Shown here piece by piece: positions 1 through 9,569 of a stretch of DNA of 64,000 nt (position 1 is the first letter of the stretch; each line of letters opens with the position of its first letter). The stretch is from an uncultured Bacilli bacterium. Lineage in GTDB: Bacteria; Bacillota_I; Bacilli_A; RF39; UBA660. A model generated the notes under the pieces. The model ran no database searches. It had not been told where the DNA came from and saw nothing but the letters and a program-made list of their open reading frames with translations. The stretch is from the NCBI GenBank assembly GCA_944350495.1, contig CALVOZ010000002.1:9421-73420 (forward strand). The letters are read 5' to 3'. Position numbers and translations under genes: made by a program.

Positions 1-1
1 A

Positions 2-526
2 GGGACTTTTATCGAAGAAACAAACTGGTTATTAAAAAATAGATGTAAATCGGGAGATGGTATATTTGTTGATGTTGTAATCTATGATAATATTGCAGAA
101 TCTAAATTTAAAGACGAAGTAGCAAGAACAGTAGTTAAAGTAGTAATGCCATTTATTGTTTTACTTGATAATTTACACATTAACCCAAGACCATTAAAAA
201 GTTTTGTTGTATGGTATTCAAATAGATATTCTAGGAAACACGAAGATAGTACTTTAATGAGTCAACCAATCTCGGTACCATGGGAAAAGTTCTTAAAAGA
301 GCCTGTATTCAAAAAGAAAGATATTTTACCATTTAAATTATACGAATTTGAAGGAAGACAATATTATTCATACAATAATATTGAGAAAATATTAAAGCAA
401 TGGTATGGACCAAATTGTTTAAAAAAATGGGATGGTAAACAATGGGTAGAAACACTACCTGAGCATAAGAGAGTTCCAAAACACACAGTTCACCTAAATT
501 TAAACGGAGAAACGAAAAAAAACTAA
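2..526 (+). CDS. hypothetical protein, 5'-truncated at window edge
   Basis: Reading frame open from nt 2 through the annotated 146..526 ORF with no stop; no motif recognised. Confidence 0.4.
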   Translation, partial: GTFIEETNWLLKNRCKSGDGIFVDVVIYDNIAESKFKDEVARTVVKVVMPFIVLLDNLHINPRPLKSFVVWYSNRYSRKHEDSTLMSQPISVPWEKFLKEPVFKKKDILPFKLYEFEGRQYYSYNNIEKILKQWYGPNCLKKWDGKQWVETLPEHKRVPKHTVHLNLNGETKKN

Positions 527-547
527 AATACTAGGAGTGATTCTACA

Positions 548-721
548 ATGGATTATATGTCAAAATTTAAAACTGGATTAATACTCGGTAGTTTACTAAT
601 CGTAATTGCAATATTGATTGGAATAATTTTTAGACACGATATTGCTTTTATATTTGCCGGAATTGGAACAAGTATTATAGGAATCACGATTTTAGCTTAT
701 TTAAATAAAGGCGATAAATAA
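548..721 (+). CDS. small hydrophobic membrane protein (57 aa)
   Basis: ATG at 548 preceded by AGGAG about 8 nt upstream; two predicted TM stretches; below ORF-track size cutoff. Confidence 0.4.
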   Translation: MDYMSKFKTGLILGSLLIVIAILIGIIFRHDIAFIFAGIGTSIIGITILAYLNKGDK

Positions 722-733
722 TCGCCTTTTTTT
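706..733. terminator. bidirectional rho-independent terminator
   Basis: GGCGAT-aaataa-TCGCC stem followed by T7 run; sits between convergent genes. Confidence 0.5.
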
Positions 734-1415
734 ATGCAAAAATTAACACAACACTCGCTATAACTAGCGAACTAACAAGAGTGTAAAACCATTTATCATT
801 AAATTTAATAATTTTATCAATAAATAACACTGTAAAGTAAGATGCAATCATAAAACCGATACCAAAAGGTGCTATTTTCAAAAAATCAAAATAATAGATA
901 TTGCCAAAAAGTTCTAAAATTTCATCATACCAACCTAAATTAATGTAAAGTGCAGTACCGCTTATACCTGGTATGATTGTTGAAAAAGCTTCAATAATAC
1001 CTGCAATAAAATAATTAATGTTACAGTTATAAATTAAATCATTAACACTATTTAAAATTAAAAAAATGCTTAAACTTCCAACAACAACGAATAATATAGA
1101 TTTAGATTTACGAATTAAATCTGGAATACCTGTGGAAATTAATAAAACAAATAATATTTTTAATATATTTTCATATTTATCAAAAATTAGAAATAAAATT
1201 TTACTTGTAACAATCATCGCACTTAAAAAACCAGTTGCTAATTTAAAAAGAAAAACAGAATGTTTTTTTATATCTTTAAAAAAATTGGCAATACTGTCTA
1301 TTAACTTATCATAAATATTAAAACGAATTGCCAATAATGAACCACTTATACCTGGCAATATTTTAGCAATTCCAATCACAAAACCAATTAAAATAAGTTT
1401 CAACATTATCACCAA
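732..1415 (-). CDS. undecaprenyl-diphosphatase-like (UppP/BacA family) membrane protein
   Basis: Two PGISGS/PGISGT motifs matching the UppP PGxSRSG signature; polytopic hydrophobic protein; shorter than typical UppP. Confidence 0.55.
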   Translation of the reverse strand: MVIMLKLILIGFVIGIAKILPGISGSLLAIRFNIYDKLIDSIANFFKDIKKHSVFLFKLATGFLSAMIVTSKILFLIFDKYENILKILFVLLISTGIPDLIRKSKSILFVVVGSLSIFLILNSVNDLIYNCNINYFIAGIIEAFSTIIPGISGTALYINLGWYDEILELFGNIYYFDFLKIAPFGIGFMIASYFTVLFIDKIIKFNDKWFYTLVSSLVIASVVLIFA

Positions 1416-1449
1416 TAAATTATATTCAATAAAGAAAATAAGTAGAACA

Positions 1450-1986
1450 TCATCTACTTACTCCAACAAAATAGCCATTTATAACATCCTTAGTTTCACT
1501 TACAACCATAAATGGTTTCTTTTCACAATCATTAACCAAATTTTTAAGTTCAGATAAACGATTACTATCAATTTCCATAAATAATATTAATTTATTGCTA
1601 CCCTGATATCCATTCGCACTTACAACCGAAACTGCAAACTGGTGACTTCTTAAAATATCGATTAAATCTGCACTATCCTCATCAATAATAATTTGAACAT
1701 TAAGTTTTAATTTAATAACTGCTCCAGATACTTTACCACCAATGTAAGTTCCTAAAGCAAATCCTCCAGCATAACTTATAACAACCCATAAGCTATTACT
1801 TCCATTTAAAGCATCTTTTACAATTAAAAACCAAATGAACGTTTCAATAAAACCAATTAAAGCTGAATATAAATTTTTCCCTTTAACAACAAATACAGTT
1901 CTAATAGTGCCTAAAGATACATCAGTAATACGGGCAAAAAAGATTTTAATACACATAAAAAATACGTCCATTTTATGTACCTCCAT
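1450..1986 (-). CDS. UPF0316/DUF2179 family membrane protein
   Basis: N-terminal TM segments and a C-terminal block (ANGYQGSNKLILFMEID...NGYF) matching my recollection of the UPF0316 family (the B. subtilis / S. aureus members). Confidence 0.6.
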   Translation of the reverse strand: MEVHKMDVFFMCIKIFFARITDVSLGTIRTVFVVKGKNLYSALIGFIETFIWFLIVKDALNGSNSLWVVISYAGGFALGTYIGGKVSGAVIKLKLNVQIIIDEDSADLIDILRSHQFAVSVVSANGYQGSNKLILFMEIDSNRLSELKNLVNDCEKKPFMVVSETKDVINGYFVGVSR

Positions 1987-2033
1987 ACTATTTATTATAA
2001 CAAAAAAGATCTATATTATTATAGATCTTTTTA

Positions 2034-2564
2034 TTATTTCTCATCATCTTCTTCGCTAGGTGAAAAAGTAGATACAACAAATTCTTTAATTTTATCATAG
2101 CCTGAATAATGTTCTTCAATTTTACCATCTTTAATTACAAATAATGTAGTATCACTAATAACTATATCCTTAACAGTTTCACCAATTCTAGTTTCACTTC
2201 CAATATGGCTCTTATTAAATGAATCATTCATATCTATAGTATAAATTGGATTTAATTGTTTAGTATAAATATCAAACTTATCAGCATTTTCATCAGTAGG
2301 CAAAACAGCTAAAACATAATAACTTTTATCTTTTTGCTTTAATAAATTATTAAAAGCTATCTCATTCATTGTCGTATTTTCTTCACTAGGTTGAACGGTT
2401 TCAGTTCTCATTGATATTAAATAATCAGTTAAGAAGTAAAAGCCTACAAATATAACTAATATGGCAACAAGAACAACAACAACTTTCTTTACTGTAATTT
2501 CCTCATTTTGTACTACTTCTTTTTTATTCTTTTTATTGTTACTATTAATTTTTGCCTTTTTCAT
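2034..2564 (-). CDS. membrane-anchored hypothetical protein
   Basis: Lys-rich N-terminus, single TM, acidic C-terminal tail. Confidence 0.4.
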   Translation of the reverse strand: MKKAKINSNNKKNKKEVVQNEEITVKKVVVVLVAILVIFVGFYFLTDYLISMRTETVQPSEENTTMNEIAFNNLLKQKDKSYYVLAVLPTDENADKFDIYTKQLNPIYTIDMNDSFNKSHIGSETRIGETVKDIVISDTTLFVIKDGKIEEHYSGYDKIKEFVVSTFSPSEEDDEK

Positions 2565-2611
2565 TTAAATCACCAATGATATTATAACAAACAATTATAG
2601 GATATTCAATA

Positions 2612-3595
2612 TTATTTAGCGACTGCTGAAACTGATATTGATTCAGCAACATCAATCATTTCCATATAATCCATCACATCAGATACTAGATAATACTCTA
2701 CTCCATTACTCATCCAGGAAATAGAATAATCTGTGACAGATGCAATCGAATCACCTATCAAATACGGATCGCCATAAATTATATCTGTATCTACGTCGTC
2801 TGTAACATTAATTGTTTCTTCAACCAACATAAATGGCTTATCACCATCAAAAGTTAAAATTACTCTTTCACCGTTATCTAAAGAAACCTTATCTTGACTA
2901 GTTAAATATGTATTAACAGGGATATACATAGGGTAAGCTATTGCATCTAATTCTTCCATAGTTTTACTAACTTCACCACTCATATTACTATTTATTAAAA
3001 AATAATCATTATCATAATCTTTATTTAATTCGATTTTATTAAAACTCATCTTCATATGAACTTTATCATCACTATTTAATACTTCAACACTTGTAATATC
3101 TAAGTCTTTATTCAAATATACTTTTTGTTTAATTAAATCACTATTATTAGAATAAATCACTTTGCTAGTAAAAACATAACCATCTTCCGTACTTTCTAAC
3201 TTCAACGAATCATCTTTCTTTAAATCTGTAACAATCATATCTAATAAATAAATTTGAGAATTATTATATGGCCAATCACTTTGAAATTTAAAACTTTTAT
3301 TTAACGAAGGAGTTAATACATAAACACCATCATCATTTTTTAAAATAATTTGTTCATGATTATTAATTTTATTAATCAAACTAACTCGGTAAAAGCTACA
3401 ATCTCCACCTTTATAAGCTACATCAACATCATAATTATAGCTGTCTTCCCCACTATATATTAACAATTCTCCCTCTATATGGTATGATTTTAAATTTTCT
3501 ACATTTTTAACCAACTCTTTATAAGCATCTTTTTCATTATATTTACCACAGCCAATTAAAAATAAACATATTACTACAAATATACATTTCTTCAT
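2612..3595 (-). CDS. lipoprotein, function unknown
   Basis: Lipobox LIGC|G after a hydrophobic signal sequence. Confidence 0.5.
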   Translation of the reverse strand: MKKCIFVVICLFLIGCGKYNEKDAYKELVKNVENLKSYHIEGELLIYSGEDSYNYDVDVAYKGGDCSFYRVSLINKINNHEQIILKNDDGVYVLTPSLNKSFKFQSDWPYNNSQIYLLDMIVTDLKKDDSLKLESTEDGYVFTSKVIYSNNSDLIKQKVYLNKDLDITSVEVLNSDDKVHMKMSFNKIELNKDYDNDYFLINSNMSGEVSKTMEELDAIAYPMYIPVNTYLTSQDKVSLDNGERVILTFDGDKPFMLVEETINVTDDVDTDIIYGDPYLIGDSIASVTDYSISWMSNGVEYYLVSDVMDYMEMIDVAESISVSAVAK

Positions 3596-3661
3596 ATCTA
3601 CCTCTTTTCACTTAATTTTATGAAATAAATAGTTAAATATGAAAAAAGTTAAGAGAAACTC

Positions 3662-5068
3662 TTAACTTGTTTTTGTTAATATTATTTTAACCGTACTTTT
3701 CTTAGCTGTATAATCTGTTAATCTAGCATTAGTTGAAATTGGTTTAATTTTAATATCAACCTCATGTGTACCAGCTTTAACATTCTTAATTGTACTTAAA
3801 TCTACATATGCTTGGAAATTAGATGGGTCCAAATTATTTATGATATTTTGAGCACCAGTAATAGATACCATTACTTCCGCATCATCAGGACTTGCAGCAC
3901 CTGCTGTATAGCCGTTTGGAACATTTAACGCATCTATCTTTAATGTCATATTAATTGGTTCAGCACTGTTAGTAATACTAACATCTACATCAACTTTATT
4001 AATAGACATCTTCTTAACTCCCGCTGGTTTTGGGATTTCAATAGTAGTTGAATAATTGTTAGTTAATTTACTTACATCAACTAAAATATCAATACCTGTT
4101 TTTTCTAATTCATCTAAAACTTCAGCAGGTCCATAAACAACAACTGTATCTTGACTAAATTTATATGAACTAATTGCTTTACCAAATGGGACTTTATTAT
4201 TTGGTACAAAGTTTAAATTAACAACTCTTGATGTTGAAGTTATTTCAACCTCAGCAGTTACTGGCGATTTAGTATTAATTTCAACATCGACAATTTTACC
4301 ATCTTTATCATAAGCTACTAAAGCAATATCTTCTAATACTTGTTTACCAGGATCAGTAGTAGTCAACTTATCAACATCAATAATAGCTTCAACAGAAGCA
4401 ACTTTCTCTAATTGGAAATCAGCACCTCTTAAAACTACAGAATCTGTATTTAATACTACATTACTTATTTCAACTTCATTTTCCAAGTGATCAGCATTAA
4501 CAACTTTATATGATAAACTTTGATTTTTTGTTTCTTTTAAGTAAACGACAACTGTTACTTCTGATGGATTTACACTATATTCAATAGATGGCAATCCTTT
4601 TTCATACTCAATTTCTACTTCATATGTACCAGGTTCTTTAATATCACTTAAATCAACTGTTACATTATGGTCAGAAGATTGTTTAGCAATATATAAGTCT
4701 GATTTATTACCAATTAAAGTAATATCAACTGTTTCAGGTATTCCTGTAATAACGAATCTTTCTTCATCATATTCAACTGTAATTTTTTGATCTTTAAATA
4801 CTTCAGCGCTACTAGTGTTAAGCATTAGTATTTTTTGATCAACAATAACAAATAAAATGAAAGCCAAAACACCTGATAATAATAATAATGTTGTTTGTTT
4901 TGATAAAACATTTTCTAATTTATGACTAGATCTATCAAAACTATTAGATATTTTATAAACTAGTTTAGTAGTTGGCATAACGATGTATTTATCAATTACT
5001 TTACCAACTTTTTTAAGGAGGTTACTTATCTTCATCAACATTGTCTTCATCCTCCTCTTCTTCATCAA
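3662..5068 (-). CDS. cdaR: CdaR/YbbR-like regulator of diadenylate cyclase
   Basis: N-terminal TM followed by repeated YbbR-like beta-rich domains; immediately downstream of and overlapping cdaA. Confidence 0.65.
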   Translation of the reverse strand: MMKKRRMKTMLMKISNLLKKVGKVIDKYIVMPTTKLVYKISNSFDRSSHKLENVLSKQTTLLLLSGVLAFILFVIVDQKILMLNTSSAEVFKDQKITVEYDEERFVITGIPETVDITLIGNKSDLYIAKQSSDHNVTVDLSDIKEPGTYEVEIEYEKGLPSIEYSVNPSEVTVVVYLKETKNQSLSYKVVNADHLENEVEISNVVLNTDSVVLRGADFQLEKVASVEAIIDVDKLTTTDPGKQVLEDIALVAYDKDGKIVDVEINTKSPVTAEVEITSTSRVVNLNFVPNNKVPFGKAISSYKFSQDTVVVYGPAEVLDELEKTGIDILVDVSKLTNNYSTTIEIPKPAGVKKMSINKVDVDVSITNSAEPINMTLKIDALNVPNGYTAGAASPDDAEVMVSITGAQNIINNLDPSNFQAYVDLSTIKNVKAGTHEVDIKIKPISTNARLTDYTAKKSTVKIILTKTS

Positions 5069-5843
5069 AATTCATCTTTTTTGGTCTTAATCCCTCTAAT
5101 AGTAGAAGTTTAACCTCATCTGATGATAAATTATAGTGTAATTCGCCATCCATCGCAACAGATAATCTTCCTGTTTCTTCTGAAACAACTAATGAAATAC
5201 AGTCAGTTAATTCGGAAATACCTAATGCTGCTCTATGACGAGTACCTAAACGCTTACTAATTTTTAAATTATCACTTGTAGGGAATACTGCTCTCGCACT
5301 AGTAATTTTATCCCCCTGAATAATAACGCCACCATCATGTAATGGATTATTAGGGAAGAAAATGGTAACTAATAATTCGCTAGAAATATCCGCATAAATC
5401 TTCTTTGATTTTTCAATATAATCATTTAAACTATTATCTCTTTCAATAATTATTAATGCACCTGTACGAGTTTTCTTCATTGCATCCATGGCCGTAACAA
5501 TTTCATAAACAACTTTTTCTCTTTCATCAACTGTTAACACTTTATGACGTCCTAATAATTGGCTTCGACCAAGTTGCTCTAAAACATTTCTAATTTCTGG
5601 TTGAAAAATAACAATAATAGCTAAAACGCCCCATTCGATAACATAATTTAATAGGAAACCTATAGTTACTAAATCAAACACATCACTTAATATTTTTAAT
5701 CCTAAAATAATTAAGATTCCTTTAAATAAAAGAACCATTTTTACATTTTTTCTTAAACTCTTTAAAACGTAATAAAATACAAGCCAAACCAATAAAACAT
5801 CGACAAACGCTTTTATTAATTCGACTGCAGACGCAAAAGACAT
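5022..5843 (-). CDS. cdaA: diadenylate cyclase CdaA (c-di-AMP synthase)
   Basis: N-terminal 3 TM helices; DAC-domain motifs DGGVII...RLGTRHRAALGISE. Confidence 0.85.
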   Translation of the reverse strand: MSFASAVELIKAFVDVLLVWLVFYYVLKSLRKNVKMVLLFKGILIILGLKILSDVFDLVTIGFLLNYVIEWGVLAIIVIFQPEIRNVLEQLGRSQLLGRHKVLTVDEREKVVYEIVTAMDAMKKTRTGALIIIERDNSLNDYIEKSKKIYADISSELLVTIFFPNNPLHDGGVIIQGDKITSARAVFPTSDNLKISKRLGTRHRAALGISELTDCISLVVSEETGRLSVAMDGELHYNLSSDEVKLLLLEGLRPKKMNFDEEEEDEDNVDEDK

Positions 5844-5951
5844 AACATCCCTCCATAACTAATCTAAGCATATTTAATTATAACACAAGAATGACTATTT
5901 TCCAATTGTAACTGTAAAATTTATGCAAGAAAAAAGAGTTTTATTAAACTC

Positions 5952-7160
5952 TTAATCTAAAACAAAATTACCGTTGTTAAATATTAATATTTCTCTATTA
6001 TCTTTAGTTGTACCAACTATTTTTAGATCAAAATTTCCAACCATAAAATCAGTATGAACTAATGAATTATTTAAGCCATGTTCTTTTAATTCGGCTGCAC
6101 TCATATTCTCACCATTTAAAAGACAGGTTGGAAAACTATCACCGATTGCTAAATGACATGAAGCGTTTTCATCATATAAAGTTTCATAAAAAATTATATT
6201 TGTATTAGATATTGGGGAGTCATAATCAACTAATGCAACCTCTCCTAAATAATTAGAGCCTTCATCAGTACTAATCATGTTTTCTAATATCTCTTTTCCA
6301 TTTTCAGCTTCAACCTTAATAATTCTACCATTTTCAAAAGTAAAACTGAAATTTTCAATTAATACTCCATTATATACAAGCGGTCTGGCACTATAAACAA
6401 TTCCATTAATTCCATCATATTTAGGAGAAGTAAATACTTCCTCACTAGGCATATTAACAATTAACCCTCCCTTACCAGCCCCACTCCAAATATGATTTTC
6501 TGGTAATTCAATTGTTAAATCAGTACCTAAACTATTTGTATAGTGTAAAGATTTAAATTGATAATCATTTAAAATATCGCATCTTTTTTGGATTTTTTTA
6601 ACTTTCTCATCCCAGGCTTTTATAGGATCTTCTTCATAAACTAAACAACATTTAAATATTGCATCCCATGCATCAGCAACTGGATCCGCACTGTTTGGGA
6701 AAACTTTCTTAGCATAACCTAGAGTTGGAACTAACGCAATACACCAAGGAACTTCATCAACTCTTTGACGCTTTTTAAATAATGGTCTTGAACTTCTAGA
6801 GCGATTCGCAGTTAATGTAATCTTATCTTCTGGAACATCACTCATTAAATCAATATCATCAGAGTATAACATTAAAAAAGCAGCATCCTTTTTAGCATAT
6901 TCATCCCATATTTCTTTGCTCCAAAAAGGGCTCTTTAATAAATTTTCATCACTCAAATGTAATAATTGCTCATGTTTTAGATTTTCATCACTCCAATCAT
7001 AATAAATATCAGTTATTCCTAATTCATAAGCTTTATGAGTTAATATTTCAACAAAATCAATTGCTTTAATAGGTGCTGTTACGAGTAAAGGTCTAGGAGT
7101 ATTCAAATTTAAGCACCTTTTTAATAATAATTCTGCATACTTTTCAAAATTTCTATTCAT
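5952..7160 (-). CDS. M29 family aminopeptidase (AmpS/PepS-like)
   Basis: About 400 aa with family-typical blocks such as GEVALVDYDSPISNTN and ENASCHLAIGDSFP. Confidence 0.7.
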   Translation of the reverse strand: MNRNFEKYAELLLKRCLNLNTPRPLLVTAPIKAIDFVEILTHKAYELGITDIYYDWSDENLKHEQLLHLSDENLLKSPFWSKEIWDEYAKKDAAFLMLYSDDIDLMSDVPEDKITLTANRSRSSRPLFKKRQRVDEVPWCIALVPTLGYAKKVFPNSADPVADAWDAIFKCCLVYEEDPIKAWDEKVKKIQKRCDILNDYQFKSLHYTNSLGTDLTIELPENHIWSGAGKGGLIVNMPSEEVFTSPKYDGINGIVYSARPLVYNGVLIENFSFTFENGRIIKVEAENGKEILENMISTDEGSNYLGEVALVDYDSPISNTNIIFYETLYDENASCHLAIGDSFPTCLLNGENMSAAELKEHGLNNSLVHTDFMVGNFDLKIVGTTKDNREILIFNNGNFVLD

Positions 7161-7230
7161 CTTATCACCAGTTTAATTATATCATAAGTTCTATATATTA
7201 AATTGAAATTTTTGCACACAAAAAGTGCAT

Positions 7231-7905
7231 TTATTTGCACTCTTCTTTTAAATAATGTTCATAATCTCCCGTTTTATGTAATATTTCATAACCATGAGTT
7301 AACCTAAATTCAACTCGTTCTTCTTTAGGCATTTGTAATAACTCTAAAGCAATATCCATGTGTAATATACCATTTAAATGATCATATTCATGAGATAATA
7401 CTGTCGCTTCAAAGTTTGTAAAAGTAGCCTTTCTCTTCTTTCCAAAAATATCATAATACTCTAACTTAATTTTATAAGGACGAGCAACTAATCCCATATT
7501 ATTTAAACAACTAGCACATGCTTCCCAATACTTAGTAAGTCCAATTTGTTCTTTAATAACGGGATTAATTAATACCCTTGCCTCATTCCAATTAGGATCA
7601 TCAATTTTAGTTAAACTAGTATTTCTTAAATAAATAATTCGTTTTGGTATTCCAAGTTGTACAGCAGCCATTGCAAAAACTTCATGAGTACTACAATATT
7701 TGCCTAATACTTTAATATCATCTAAATAGCTCTTATCATTAAATTCAACCTCTTTTGAACGTTGTCTTAAAAAATCAACATCATCATTTATCGTAATTGG
7801 CCTAATTTCAAATGATAAGTTTTCTTTTAATTCATTTGGATTACAATCAGTTTCTATAATGGATACTGCTTTATTCATAATATCACCAAAACTTTCTATA
7901 TGCAT
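7231..7905 (-). CDS. def: peptide deformylase
   Basis: Three PDF motifs: GIPKR/AAVQLG (motif 1), EACASC (motif 2), HEYDHLNG (motif 3). Confidence 0.8.
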   Translation of the reverse strand: MHIESFGDIMNKAVSIIETDCNPNELKENLSFEIRPITINDDVDFLRQRSKEVEFNDKSYLDDIKVLGKYCSTHEVFAMAAVQLGIPKRIIYLRNTSLTKIDDPNWNEARVLINPVIKEQIGLTKYWEACASCLNNMGLVARPYKIKLEYYDIFGKKRKATFTNFEATVLSHEYDHLNGILHMDIALELLQMPKEERVEFRLTHGYEILHKTGDYEHYLKEECK

Positions 7906-7934
7906 TATATCATTATTTTAATATTTATTAACAA

Positions 7935-7986
7935 AAAAACCGTTGAATATCAACGGTTAATAATCTTAATGGTGGAGAATAAGGGA
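7935..7986. repeat. attL: 52-bp direct repeat identical to 44013..44064
   Basis: Exact 52-nt identity, read by eye; contains a 20-bp palindrome AACCGTTGATATCAACGGTT and a copy of the 3' 17 nt of tRNA-Ala. Confidence 0.8.
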
Positions 7987-8092
7987 ATAAAAAGAAATTA
8001 TTTTATATATTATTAAAATATGCTAAATCATTGAAAATTAACGTAAAACTCCACCAAGTATCTTTATAATAATATTATTATTTTGTTTTTTT

Positions 8093-8114
8093 AGTACGTA
8101 ATTAGTACGTAAAA
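8093..8114. repeat. putative integrase arm-type site, copy 1 (AGTACGTAA x2)
   Basis: 22-nt sequence AGTACGTAATTAGTACGTAAAA repeated exactly at 43976..43997; an internal tandem of a 9-mer. Confidence 0.5.
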
Positions 8115-8116
8115 TT

Positions 8117-8596
8117 ATGAATTGTAAATATTTTAAAACTAGAAAAAAAGACAACAAAAAAGAACGACGTATCTATAATTATTGTACAATAAATCGAAAA
8201 GAAATAACCTATGATAATTGTAAAAAATGCAATAAATGTGAAATAAAAATAAAAACGCCTATGAAAAAGCGTTCTAGAAAGCTAAATATGAAAGAAAACA
8301 ACAGATATAGCATAATTTATCAAGATTTAACTAAATGTGCTGAGTGCGGTTCTAAAATAGGAATAGAAAAGAATGAGGTATTTGAAGGTGCATATAGACA
8401 AACATCAATTAAATTTGGAATGGTAGTTCCATTTTGTAAAAAACATCATAGACATTTTCATAATGATATAATTTTTAACTTAAAATATAAAGTTATTTTT
8501 CAAAAACAATTTATGAAAAATCATTCACTTGAAGATTTTATTGGAATTTTCAAACAAGATTATATTTATTTATTAAATAAGAGAAAAAGAGGTTAA
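8117..8596 (+). CDS. Cys-rich zinc-finger / HNH-like protein (moron)
   Basis: CKKCNKC and CAECGS followed by PFCKKHH, a CxxC...CxxH arrangement; only plus-strand gene at the prophage left end. Confidence 0.4.
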   Translation: MNCKYFKTRKKDNKKERRIYNYCTINRKEITYDNCKKCNKCEIKIKTPMKKRSRKLNMKENNRYSIIYQDLTKCAECGSKIGIEKNEVFEGAYRQTSIKFGMVVPFCKKHHRHFHNDIIFNLKYKVIFQKQFMKNHSLEDFIGIFKQDYIYLLNKRKRG

Positions 8597-8610
8597 CTAT
8601 TTTAACCTCT

Positions 8611-8760
8611 TTATTCTAAAGTGATCCAATGAAAATCACTTTTTGGAACGCCAACTAGCATTCGGTCAAAAAATAATTTTAACTCTTCATAAAATAGAAG
8701 AAAGATCATTATGTCCAAATCATCTGATACATTATAAAATACTGATGTTTTTATTGGCAT
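8611..8760 (-). CDS. small hypothetical protein (about 49 aa)
   Basis: Strong RBS GGAGGTGG 4 nt upstream of the ATG; below ORF-track cutoff. Confidence 0.25.
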   Translation of the reverse strand: MPIKTSVFYNVSDDLDIMIFLLFYEELKLFFDRMLVGVPKSDFHWITLE

Positions 8761-8854
8761 CTTACCACCTCCTACTTTATTATTACTTTTTAATTATTAA
8801 ATTCCTTTTTTTGAAAAAAATTCTCAGCATTATACTGAGAATTTTTTTAGTAAA

Positions 8855-9256
8855 TTATTTATCATTTTTTAAACTAGTAAAGTCAATAACAGGTAATACT
8901 ACACTTTTTTCAACGTCAAAAGATGTTATGTTCGAAATAAGAGCTCTTATATATGGATAAATGATAGCTGGTGCAGATACATTTAAAAAATAATTTTTTT
9001 CTTCTATGTTTAATTCTTCAGAAATTTTAAAGTAACCATTAATTTCTGAATATATTTCGGTGTTTTCTGTATAAGTTTTTAGTTTCATCGTAATACGATA
9101 CCTATCTTTATACTTTTTTTCTGAATTTCTATAAGCGTCAATGTTTAAATCTATTGTTTGTTTTTTTTCTTTAGGAATATCTAATACTCGTTCTATAGAC
9201 AACTTCTGTATATCATATCCTTCAAAAACTACCAATTCTTGTTTCATAAAATTCAC
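8855..9256 (-). CDS. SecB-like chaperone fold protein (candidate TAC chaperone)
   Basis: C-terminal block NVSAPAIIYPYIRALISNITSFDVEKSVVLPVIDF, which resembles from memory the SecB segment around PNILFPYARE and the following NLAPVNF motif; similar length to SecB. Confidence 0.55.
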   Translation of the reverse strand: MNFMKQELVVFEGYDIQKLSIERVLDIPKEKKQTIDLNIDAYRNSEKKYKDRYRITMKLKTYTENTEIYSEINGYFKISEELNIEEKNYFLNVSAPAIIYPYIRALISNITSFDVEKSVVLPVIDFTSLKNDK

Positions 9257-9541
9257 CTATCCAAATCTTTTATCTAAATTCATACCCCTAACATATTCAA
9301 AGTATGGAATTTTATCATTCTTTATTTCAGCTGTGGTACTAAAAACAGATTTAATATTATCGTTTGACTCATCTTTAACAGAATTGTAACTAAACTTATT
9401 ATATTTATTTTCCATAAATTTTTTATGTAATTTCTGAATTTTTTTATTTTTTTCTAAATTTTCCATCATTTTGTTTACTTTATCTAGTTCTTCTCTATGT
9501 TTTTCAAACCATTCATCATCTGTCATATGTATTTTTGTCAT
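9257..9541 (-). CDS. small coiled-coil protein, candidate antitoxin with aromatic C-terminal tail
   Basis: 94 aa, charged and helical, C-terminus KIPYFEYVRGMNLDKRFG; sits between the putative toxin and the SecB-like gene. Confidence 0.35.
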   Translation of the reverse strand: MTKIHMTDDEWFEKHREELDKVNKMMENLEKNKKIQKLHKKFMENKYNKFSYNSVKDESNDNIKSVFSTTAEIKNDKIPYFEYVRGMNLDKRFG

Positions 9542-9569
9542 CTAAACCACCTCCATAATTTAATATTCT

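Noticed and set aside
8643-8960. 105-aa plus-strand ORF
   Set aside because: Overlaps the minus-strand SecB-like gene and a terminator hairpin; no RBS. A small minus-strand ORF with a strong RBS (8611..8760) is the more plausible gene there.
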